Positions 34,801 to 45,789 of a stretch of 48,844 bases of DNA are shown in pieces. Position 1 is the stretch's first letter; the number at the start of each line of letters is the position of its first letter. A model generated the notes under the pieces. That model worked only from the letters and a program-made list of their open reading frames with translations. It was not told the DNA's origin and ran no database searches. The DNA comes from Felis catus (taxonomy: Eukaryota). Location: positions 61,940,001 through 61,988,844 of the forward strand of contig NC_058382.1 in assembly GCF_018350175.1 (NCBI RefSeq), in the 5' to 3' direction. The position numbers and the translations under genes were made by a program.

Positions 34801-37800
34801 TATTAAAAAGAAGTAAAGAAATGTACTACCAGTCAAAAGAAAAGAATATTTCAATCGGGCTCTTTGAGTGGAAATCTAGGACTAAAAGTGTTACAGACAA
34901 GAATGGATCAGAGAAAACATCAAGAAACAATGGCAAAACAACTAGTAGAACGGCACTCAATATATACCTATTAATAATCACTCTAAATGTACATAGACTA
35001 AATGCTCCAATCATAAGACATTGGATAGGGAGTCAGAATGGACAAAACAAACAAACAAACAAAAACAACACCTATCTAGATGCTGCCTACAAAGCTTTAT
35101 TTGGACTTAAGTCACCTTCAGATTTAAAGTGAGAGAATGAAGAACCATTTATTATGCCAATAATGTCAAAAGAAAGCCAGTAGCAATACTTATATCAGGC
35201 AAAATTACCTTTAAAACCGAGACTCTATTTTGGCACACTTTGGGTAAATACCTAATAGTGACATTTCATGAAGCCAGTATTTATAGCAGCATTATCAACA
35301 GTAGCCAAACTATAGAGAAAGCCCAAGTATCCATCAACTGATGAAGGTATACAGAAGTTGTGGTGAGTGTGTGTGTGTGTATGTATGTATACGCATATAT
35401 ACATATGTACATATGTGTACGTTCATATATACAAACATGTGTATATACAAAGAAATATAACTCAACTTCAAGAAGAATGAAATCTTGCCATTTGCAATGA
35501 TGTGGATGGAGCTAGCATGTATTATGCTAAGTGAAATATGTCAATCAGAGAAAGACAAATATATGATTTCACTCATGTGGAATTGAAGAAACAAAACAGA
35601 TGAAAACATGGGAAGGGGGCAGGAAATGAGAAGAGTGGTAACAAACCACATGAGTCTCTTAATGTTAGAGAAAAAAAACGAAGGTTGATAGAAGGAAATG
35701 GGTCAGCGCTGGGCTAGATGTGGGATGAGTATTAAGGAGAGCACTTGTTGTGATGAGCACTGAGTATTGTATGTAAGGGATGAATCACCAAATTCTATTC
35801 CCGAATCCGAGAATGCACTGTATGTCAACTATGACATAAATTAAAATAAATAAATAAATGAATAAGTAAATAAATAAATAAATAAAGCTATAACAAGAGA
35901 TGAAGATGGACGCTATCTCATACTAAAGGGGACAATGAAACAAGAATATCCAATGATTGTAAATTTTGATGCACCCAACATGCTATCACCAAGTATATAA
36001 AATATTTAACAACCATAAAAGAACTCATTTTTTATAATATAACGATAGTACAGGACTTTGCACATCACTCACATCAAAGGACGGAAGCTGTAAACAGAAA
36101 AATCAACAAGGAAACAATGGCTTTGAATGACACACTGGACCAGATGGGTTTAACAGATATATTTAGAATACTCCATACTAAAATGGCAGAGTACATATTT
36201 TTTTCAAGCGCACATGGGACATTCTCCAGAATTGATCATATTCTAGGTCACATATCAGAAGAAGAACAGCAGAAGGAAGGAAGTAATAGAGATTCAGACA
36301 GAAATAAGGGATAGTCAAACCAAAAAGACACTAGACAAAATCAATGAAACCAGGGGCTGGTTCTTTGAAAACAGAAATCAACATGAAAACTTCTAGGCAG
36401 ACTTTTCAGTAAGAAGAGAGAAAGGACTCCAATAAATAAAATCACAAATAAGAAAGGAGAAATAACAGTCCACACCACAAAAATACAGTTAGAAGTTAAT
36501 ATTATGAACAACTATATGCAACAAATTGGACACTCTGAGAAAAATGGACAAATTCCTAGAAACACACAAACTACCAAAACTGAAACAGGAAGATACATAT
36601 ATTCTGAAAACAGAAAGAAATCAAATCAGTAATAAAAAAAAATCTCCCCCCAACACAAGAGTTCTGGGCCAGATGGTTTAACTGATGAATTCTACCACCC
36701 ATTTAAGAAAGAGGTAATATGTATTCTCTTCAAATTATTACGAAAAATAAAAAAAGAAGGAAAACATAAATTCATCTTATGAGTCCATCATTACCCTGAT
36801 ACCAAAACCAGATAAAGCCTCCACTAAAACCGAAAACTGGCAGGGTGCCTGTGTGGCTCGGGCTGTTTACTGTCCAACTCTTAATTTCAGATTAGGACAT
36901 TATCTTGCTGTGCGTGGGTTCGAGTCCCATGTTGGACCCTGCCATGACAGTGTGGGCCATGGCCAGGATTCTCTCTTTCCCTATCTCTGAGCCCCTCCCT
37001 CACTTTTATGTACTCAAAGGAAAGAAATAAACATTTAAAAATATTAAAAAAATTTTAAATAAAACTGCAGCCCAATAGCCTGATGACTATGTATGCAGAA
37101 ATTCTTATTAAAATACCTTCAAATTAAAGTCAACAATACATTAATAGAATCATTTACCATAATCAAGTGGAATATATTCCTAGGCTGCAAGGGTGGTTCC
37201 ACATTCACAGATCAATCAACATGATGCACCACAGTAATAAGACAAAGGATAAGAACCATACGATGCTTTCAACAGATGCAGGAAAACTATTTGACAAAAT
37301 GTCACATCCATTCATGATAAAACCCCTCAGCAAAGTACATTGAGACTCAACCTACCTGCACATAATAAAGGTCATCTAGGAAAAACCCACAGCTCATCTC
37401 ATCCTCAATGGGGAAAAATTGAAAAATTTTCCTCCAAGGTCAGGGACAAAACAGGAATGACCCGTCTCACCACTGTTTTTCCACATAGTATGGCAAACCC
37501 TAACCACAGCACTCAGACAACAAAAAGAAATAAGAGGCATCCAAATCGGCAAGGAAGAAGTAGCACTTTCACTATTTGGAACTGACATGATGTGTTCTAT
37601 AAAAAACATGAAAGGTTCCCTTAAAAATTGCTAGAATTGATATATGAATTCCACAAGTCACAATATACAGAAATCAAGCTACATAGATGTATGGCATTTC
37701 TAACACAAATCATGAATTAACACAGAGAGAAAGTAAGGGATCAATCCCATTGACAGGCTCACAAATACCACAAGAAACCAGGGATAAACCTAACCAAAGA

Positions 37801-39690
37801 ATTGAAAGACGTGTACTCTAAAGTCTATGAAACACTGATGAAAGAAATGGAAGAGGACACAAAGAAATGGAATACATTTCATGTTCATGGATGGGAAGCA
37901 CAAAATACTGTTAAAATGTCTACACTTCTCAAAACAATCTACACATATAATGAAATCCTTATCACACTAACAAAAACATTTGTGACAGAACAAGAACAAA
38001 TCATCTCAAAATTTGTATGGAATGATAAAAGTCCCCAAACAGCCAAAACAAACTTGAAGAAGAAAAGCAAAGCTGGAGACATCACAATTCCAGACTTCAG
38101 GTAATATTACAAAGCTTACTGATCAGAACAGTATGGTACTGACAAAACAACAACAAAAAAACACAGAGGCATAGATCAATAGAATAGAAACGCAGAAATG
38201 AACTCACACCTATATGGTCAATTAATTCTCAACAAAGCAGGAAAGAACATCCAATGGAAAAAAAGATAGTCTTGGGACACAGGGGTGGCTCAGTCAACAA
38301 AGCGTGTGATTGTGATTGTTAATTCAGCTCAAGTTATGATCTCAGGGCAGTGCAGAGCATGCGTGGGATTCTCTGTCTCCATTTCTCTCTGCCCCTCTTC
38401 TGCATGCTCTCTCTCAAAAATAAGTAAATAAACTTTAAAAAAAGTCCCCTCAACATATGGTTTTGGAAAAACTGGACAGCATCCTGCAAAACAAAACAAA
38501 AACAACAATGGACCACTTTCTTACACCATACACAGAAATAAATCCAACATGGATAAAGACCTATATGTGAAACCGGAAACCATAAAAATCCCAGAGGATA
38601 ACACGGGTAGTATCTTATTTGACACTGCCTGTGCAAATGTCTTTGTAGATATATCTCTAGAGGTAAGAGAAACACAAGAAAAAATAATGAGACTTCATAA
38701 AAATTAAAACCTTCCGTCACCTAGGAAATAATCAACAAAACTAAAACACCTACAGAATGATATTTGCAAACGACATCAGATAAAGGGTTAGTGCCCAAAA
38801 TATATAGTTATACAGCACCCAAAAAATGAGAAATCTGATTAAAAATGGGCAGAAGTCACGAATGGACATTTCCCGAAGGAAGACATATACCTGGCCAAGA
38901 GACACATGAAAAAATACTCAACAATACGGATCTTCAGGGAAATACAATTCGAAAGTACAATGAGATAACAAAGCACATCTGTCACAATGACGAAAATCAA
39001 TGAAGGATGAAACAGCAGGTGTTGCCAAGGATGTGTGGAAAGAATTACCCTCTTGCACTGTGGGTAAGAATGCAAACTGGTGCAGCCAGTCTGGAAAACA
39101 TTATGGACATTTCTCAAAAAAAAAAAAAAAACTGGAAATGGAAGTACCTTACGATCCAGCAATTTCACTACGAGGTATTTCCACAAAGAATACAAAATCT
39201 TCAAAGGGATACATGCACCATGATGTTTACACCAGCATTTTCTACAACAGCCAAATTACAGAAACTATCCAAGCATCCATCAACTGATGAATAAATTGAG
39301 ATGTGGTCTATGGAATGTAATATTATTAGGCCGTAAAAACATGAAATCTTGTCATTTGCCATGAGCTGGATGGAGCGAGAGAATGTTATCCTGGGTGAAA
39401 TAAGCCTTTCAGACAAAGACAAATACCAGATGATTTCACTAACACATGGAAATAAAACAAAACAAACCGGGGGGGGGGGCAGGGAGAAGACAGTGACAAA
39501 CAGACTCTTAACTATGAAAAGTACTGAGTGCTTCCAGAGCAAGGTGGGGAATGGGTGGAGCAGCTGCTGGGGATTAATAAGTGCACCTGGGATGAGCACC
39601 GGATGACGTGTGGAAGGGTTGCTCTATATTTTACACCTGAAACTAATATTACACTGTATCTTCACTCACTGCAATTTAAATTAAAAATAA
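34801..39690 (+). mobile_element. Older carnivore LINE-1 with nested insertions (copy B)
   Basis: Paralog of 12341-17237. Includes the inverted L1 fragment (~35229-35886) and SINEs (~36843-37062, ~38274-38443). Confidence 0.92.
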
Positions 39691-40759
39691 TGTACGTTAA
39701 TGACAGGTACCTACCAGGTTTTCTGTAATTTGCAATCACTTAATTAGGTTGGAAAAATAACCATGAAACTTTTTAAAAAGCATGTATGATGTGGGGGACA
39801 GTTTGTGCCCTTACCTCCGTCAATGGTTCTAGCAGGACTCAGAAAGTGGGTCCCAGCTCATTCTTCTAGGAGTTGCCAAGACGAGCATTTCATGTATTCA
39901 TGTCCTAACGGAATGCAGCTCCTGTTCTTCTGAATTTCTGTCGGGGTTTCTTCCCGGAAACAAGCCTGAATCTGGAACAAACCATCGACTGCATCGATGA
40001 GGTGATGTCGTGGGACTCCGCAATCCACAAGACCTTTAGTAAAATATGTCTTGTTCAAATACTGTCCAGGAAGGGGAGGAATGAAACACGGGAACAGCCC
40101 AGAAAATGCAAGGGCCTGTGCATCTCAGCAACCAGCTTGCCCAGGGAAGCCACCCAGCGCCCATTCCTCAGCACTCAGTACAATAAGACAAACTCTCTCT
40201 GGCGACTCAGGAGATGCCAAGTGGCTACAAAGCTCCCAAGATCTCCCCTGGGGCAGGCGGCACAACCTGCTGGAAATGCAGCTCTGCTCTCTGTACTCAG
40301 GCAGCGGCAGAGGCCCTGAGTACTCTGGGAGCAATCAAAGCCCTTCCTGCTCTCAGGTGCCCTGGGTCAGAAAAGCCGATGGTGCGCCTTCTGCTGGCCA
40401 TCACTGCCTGGGCAGAGGAACCCGCCTCTCCGGGTCTGTGGTGCTCGAGCTCTCTCTGTTGGCCATCATGGGAATTTTTGCAATGTGCAAGGCCCTGGTC
40501 GCTCAGCTGAGACACTGAAGGTGCCTGGGCTACTAAACCTGTTGTCCACATTGGGAAAGGTTTTAATGACAGGGCCTGGGACACAAAGAAATCTTTTCCT
40601 TCTCCTTTCTTGTGAGTGAAGAATGAAACCGACTTTATTAACGTAATGACATCATTTGTAATGGTTTAAGCAATGTTCACAGAAAAATAGACCGCCAATT
40701 TACACTTGCTGAGCAAGTGGTAATTGTGTTTACCACCAAAATACTTAGGTTAGATAAAG

Positions 40760-40990
40760 AATGAATACCTTTGAGAGAGATACCGGCAACAGCTATGGAA
40801 TGAATGAGTCCTAGGGATACAAGGGACAGCCAATGTAATGGAGTCAATCCTGTAATAATACTGTTGCATGCTTTCACAGGATAGCTACACTTGTGCTTAA
40901 GTACAATATAATTCATAGACATATGGAATGACCACAATGTATGCCTAAAACTCATACAACAAATGTGTGAACAATATCTCAATTAAAAAT
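40760..40990 (+). mobile_element. Old LINE-1 3' end remnant (L1MA9/L1_Carn-like)
   Basis: 'ggatagctacacttgtg...aatgtatgcctaaaactcatacaaca...tatctcaattaaaaa' follows the L1 3'-terminal pattern. Confidence 0.6.
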
Positions 40991-41047
40991 AGACATCCTT
41001 TACACTATCTTTAATTTCTCCTTCTTTGCCAATAAACTATCATTCCT

Positions 41048-41253
41048 GGGGTGCTTGGGTGGCTTAGTCGGTTAAGCGTCCGACTTTGACGCAAGTCATG
41101 ATCTTGCAGTCCATGAGTTTGAGCCCCGCGTCAGGCTCTGTCCTGAGAGCTCAGAGCCTTGAGCCTGCCTCAGATTCGGTATCTCCCACTCTCTCCCCCC
41201 TCCCCAGCTCGGGCTCTCTCAAAAAAAGAAAAAAGAAACATTAAAAATGAAAA
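41048..41253 (+). mobile_element. CAN-SINE, feliform type
   Basis: 'ggggtgcttgggtggcttagtcggttaagcgtccgact...gagccccgcgtcaggctctg' followed by an A tail. Confidence 0.93.
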
Positions 41254-41460
41254 ATAATTCCTAATTTGGAATCTGTGAAATTCCATTTATACCAGATTCT
41301 CTAACATCACTATCTTGATGTGGGGAGCTTATCTGAAAAGTCACTAATAATATCTTTGATGACACATATGTGACAAGGTCAGAATGAAACTTACAGGGAG
41401 CTATGAATCAGTTGTGAATTTACAGTATGTGTCCTTGGCTAATATTTCCAATGAAATGTG

Positions 41461-41592
41461 TTGATGGGGGGTGGGAGGGAGGGGAGGGTGGGTGATGGGT
41501 ATTGAGGAGGGCACATTTTGGTGTGAGTGCTGGATGTTGTATGGAAACCAATTTGACAATAAACTTCATATATTGAAAAAAATAAAATAAAA
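41461..41592 (+). mobile_element. Very short 5'-truncated feline L1 (L1_Fc-like) 3' end
   Basis: G-rich tract, then 'gggtgatgggtattgaggagggcac...gttgtatggaaaccaatttgacaataaa' and an A tail. Confidence 0.8.
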
Positions 41593-41639
41593 GGTATTTA
41601 TTTAGTTTAGTTAAAATTTATGTATGCATTTCTTTAGTA

Positions 41640-42715
41640 TTTATTTTTTCAAGTTTTTATTTAAATTCCAATTGGTTAACATACAGTGTATGTTAACTTC
41701 AGGTATAGAATGTAGTCATCCATCACTTACATACAACACCCAGTGATCCTCACTGCTAGCCTCCTCCATAGCCCATCACCCATTTAACCCATGCCCCTGC
41801 CCACCTCACTTATAGTAACCCTCCATTTGCTATTTATAGTTAAGAGTCTGGTTTCTGGTTGATTTTTATTTCATTCAATTATGTGAGGGGTCACATTTAT
41901 TGATTTGCATTTCTGAAACATCCTGCCTTTACAGGGAAAAAACCCTTCATCACGGTCAATGATTCTTTTCATGTGATCCTGAATTTGGTTTGCCTGTATG
42001 TTACTGGGAATTTTTCATCTATATTCATCACGGGGATACTGGCCTATAGATTTCTGTTCAGGTAGTATCCTTTCTGGCTTCTTACCAGGGTAATTCCAGT
42101 CTCATGAAATGAGTTTGGTGGTGTTCATTCCTTTTGAATCAGTGAGAGGACTGCTGTTAGTTCTTCTAGAAACGTTTGGTTAAATTCACCAGTGAATCCA
42201 CCTGGTCCTGGGGTTTTCTTCCTTGGCAGAACTTCGATTACTGATTCAATTTACTTACATTGGTTATCTTCTTGTATTGATACAGTCTTCCTTTAATGGG
42301 TCTGTGCAAACCTTCTATTTCTTCCTGATTCAATCTTGGTAGGTTGTGTGTTTCTAAGAACCTATCCATTTCTTCTAGGTAGGTAGTTTTCTGTACTCTA
42401 ATTTGGCCATAGTTGCCACTTTGTCTGCTTTATGTTTCTTTGGTATAAGGCATAATATCTTCTCTTTTATGTATAATTCTTTTGAATTTGGTCCTCTTTA
42501 TGTCTTAGCATAGTCTATGTATAGCCCTGACAATTTTGTTTCACTCTTCTGAAATCCCACTGTTGGTCTTCTTCATAATTTCTATTGATTTCATGGTCTG
42601 TTTCATTGGTTCCCACTCTCATATGGATTAATTTCTCCCTTTTGAGAACATTGGGCATAGATTGTTTTTTTCTTCTAGTTCTTAAGTTAAAGGTAGGTTG
42701 TTCATTTGAGTCTAA
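41640..42715 (-). mobile_element. Antisense LINE-1 fragments: 3' end (~41640-41860) and ORF2 linker/RT-proximal part (~41870-42715)
   Basis: 'ttaacatacagtgtatg...catacaacacccagtg' is a reversed L1 3'UTR. 'ttcaccagtgaatccacctggtcctgg' is the reverse of the ORF2 '[10 protein letters not shown]' motif. Confidence 0.85.
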
Positions 42716-42789
42716 AATCTATCCTCCACGCATGCAAATCCAGTGACTCATCAGAGAACCTTCAATAGGTCTTTTCTGTCCTATTTCTC

Positions 42790-44865
42790 ATTCTCAGAAC
42801 TCTGAGAAATAGAATCTGAAAATTTATTTGGAGACACAAAAAATAAAAACTTCCCGAATGTGGGGAAGGAAACAGATCCAGAGCAGGAGGCACAAAGAAC
42901 CCCCATTATATTCAACAGAAGCAAGCCGTATAGTAATTAAAACCAAAAATGTCGTGATAAAGAAAACTTTTCACAGCAAGAAAACAAAAGTTGACAGTTA
43001 CCTACAAGGGAAACCTCATAAAGTTATCACTGGATGTATTTCAGAAGAAACTTTGAAACCGTAAGTGAGCAGCACGGTTTGGTAAAGGTGCCGAATGGAA
43101 AACATCTGCAGCCAAAGAGAGTCTATCTAGCAAACTATCATTCAGATGGAAGGAAGATCAAGAGTTTCCCAAATAAATACTAAGCGAGTTCACAATCAAC
43201 AAACCACCCCTGCAAGAAATGTTAAAGGGGACTCTTTAAGTGGGAAAGAAACACCAAAAGTGACAATATCAAAGTGTGAAACGCAAAAGCAATAAAAATG
43301 AGTATCTCTGTAAAACATAAGACAAGGTATTCACAATATGAATGGTTTCGAAATAGGAACACTACATAGCTACAACACGGGGAGGAGAGGAGTAAACAAC
43401 TGGTTCAAACTTAAACAACTATCAACTTAATATAGACTCCTATATGCAGAAGTGGTTAGGTACAAACCTAATAATACCCACAAATGAAACACTACTAATA
43501 CATATGCAGAGTATAAAGACAAAAAATTTCAACTGTGAAATTGTGAAGAAACCCAGCAAATCAAAAAAAGAGAAAGAGAACAAAGGATCAGAAAAAATCA
43601 GAAATAACCAATATCAAGTAATAATAGGACAAGTACATGTCTACAAATTACTTTGAACAGAAACCGAATAAATGCTCAAATCAAAGGCACTGGGTGACAG
43701 ATAGGGGCAACTGGATGGCTCAATCGCTTGAGATTTCTACTCTTGATTTCGGTTCAGGCTATGATCACAGGATCATGGGATTGAGCCCCAAGTGGGCTCT
43801 GCACTGAGCATGGAACTTGGTGAGGATTCATTCTCATTCTCATTCTCTCTCTCCCTCTCTCTCTATCTCTCTCTTCCCTCATTCCCCCCACCCCGCCCTC
43901 CCATGCCTGTGCTCTCTCTCTTCATAATAAAAGGCATTGGGTGATAGAATGAGTAAATATATAGGACCCATCTATCTTCTACCTACAAGAGACAAATTAT
44001 AGAACTAAGGTTTCAAAAGAAATCTGCAGTAGCAGTACCTTTATCAGACAAAATAGATTTAAAAATAAAACTGTAACAAGAGACAAAGGACACTATAATA
44101 ATAAAAGATACAACGCAACAAAAAGAACAATTGTAAACATATATGTGCTCAACCTAAGAGCACCCAAATACACAAAGCAGATCAAAACTAAAGAATTGAT
44201 AGTCATCCAATAATAGTAGGGCACTTTAACAACCCAATGACATCAATGGAGAGAGATTTCCATCAGAAAATCAACAAGGAAGTAGAGACTTTGAATGATA
44301 GAGGAGACCAGATGGATTTAGCCGATATATTTTAGACATTCCATCCTAAAACAGCACAATACACATTCTTTTCACGTGCACATAGAAAATTCCACAAACT
44401 GGATAAAATATTAGGTCATAAAACAAGCCAAAACCAAATCAAACCGATCGACACCATACCATGTGTCTTTTCAGACCACAATGCTATGAAACTAGAAGTC
44501 TACAACAAGAAAGAAGATCTGGAAAAGGCACAAAACCATAGAAGTTAAATAACATGCTACTAAACAATCAATGGCTCAGCCAACAAATCAAAGAGAAAAT
44601 CCAAAAAAAATTGGAAACAAATGAAAATGAAAACACAACAATCCAAACATATGTAAAGCAGGAAAACTGGTTCTAACAGGGAAGTTTATAACAATACAAG
44701 TCTGCCACAGAATTAAAAAAAAAAAACAACAAAATAAAACGAGCACTGAAGTAAACTCCAAAACTTTATAAAATAAAAACCAGACAAAAGACAACAAACA
44801 AAACTCACAAAGGACAGAATGAAGAAAATAATTAAAATAAAAAAATGATATAGAGATTAAAACAA
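42790..44865 (+). mobile_element. Carnivore LINE-1 fragment: ORF1 C-terminal half, inter-ORF region and ORF2 endonuclease region
   Basis: ORF1 end 'aaaccacccctgcaagaaatgttaaaggggactcttt'. Endonuclease sequence 'catccaataatagtaggggcactttaacaacccaatgacatcaatgg' and 'ttttcagaccacaatgctatgaaactagaa'. Decayed. Confidence 0.88.
43704..43930 (+). mobile_element. CAN-SINE nested in L1
   Basis: Head 'ggggcaactggatggctcaatcg' and a CT tract. Flanked by a degenerate TSD aaaggcactgggtgacaga / aaaggcattgggtgataga. Confidence 0.88.
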
Positions 44866-45109
44866 TGCACCTGATGCATCAAAAACGGATGAGCCAGAAC
44901 GTGAAATCCTATCATACCGAGAGAGGCAGGGTCGCGTTGTGAAATAGTCCAGAGCCAAGCAAGAATGGAGCAAGACAAAAACATACTCCAATGCAGAGAG
45001 ACAGGGGCGAAAAAAATGAACACACTCCCTCCCAGATGCAGGACGGTGTCCACACATAAACATCTCCCCGTTCCAAGTGGGAGTGCAAACATACTTTACT
45101 TCTTGCCCT

Positions 45110-45775
45110 AGACCTAACCCTAACACTATCTCAAATCCCAACACCTAAACATAACAGTTAACCCTAAACATAACCCTAACACTAAACCCTGTCGCTACCC
45201 CTACACCTAAACCCAAATCTAACCCTACCGAACTGAGAAAGTAAACAAACGGTGAACTTACCCTAACCTAGTGCCTAAACCTCTAAACCTAACCCTAAAA
45301 CCCTAACCCTAATACTCTAACTTTACCCGCTAACCCTAAAACTATAAATCCTAACTAACCCTAACCCTAACCATAAAACTCTAACACTACCCTAACGCTA
45401 ACCGCTAATCGAATATCCACACCCATAACTCAACCCAAATCCTAGACCTAGACCTCACCTTATCCCTAAACCTAACGCAAACCCTAACACTAATGCTATC
45501 AACTTACCCTAACCCCACCATCTAACCATTACCCTACCTCTCAAACCCAAATCATAACCCTAAACCTAAGCCTAACCCAAGCCCAAACCTAATGGCTAAA
45601 CCTAAGTCTAACTCCAAACCCTAACCCTTAACCATAACACTAAACACTAACCATAACCCTAAACATAACTCTAATGCATAAACCTAACTCTAACCCCTAA
45701 CACTAACCCCTAACACCAACCCTAACCGTAACCCTAACCCCTAACACCAAACCCAATCCCAAACCCTAACCCAAC
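45110..45775 (+). repeat. Degenerate telomere-like hexamer tract (TAACCC and variants)
   Basis: About 660 bp of ccctaa, cctaaa, ctctaa, cactaa and ccataa variants, with no long perfect run. Confidence 0.92.
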
Positions 45776-45789
45776 GCACACGACACACA

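Larger units (their letters stand above)
30488..40669 (+). repeat. Segmental direct repeat, copy B (10,182 bp)
   Basis: Same start and end strings as copy A. Longer mainly because of an extra SINE and a 100-bp tandem duplication. Confidence 0.98.

Noticed and set aside
8321..40669. A and B as the LTRs of a giant retroelement or as a target-site duplication
   Set aside because: They are mosaics of old L1, SINE and LTR fragments about 10 kb long, with no TG...CA termini, PBS/PPT, flanking TSD or internal gag/pol.
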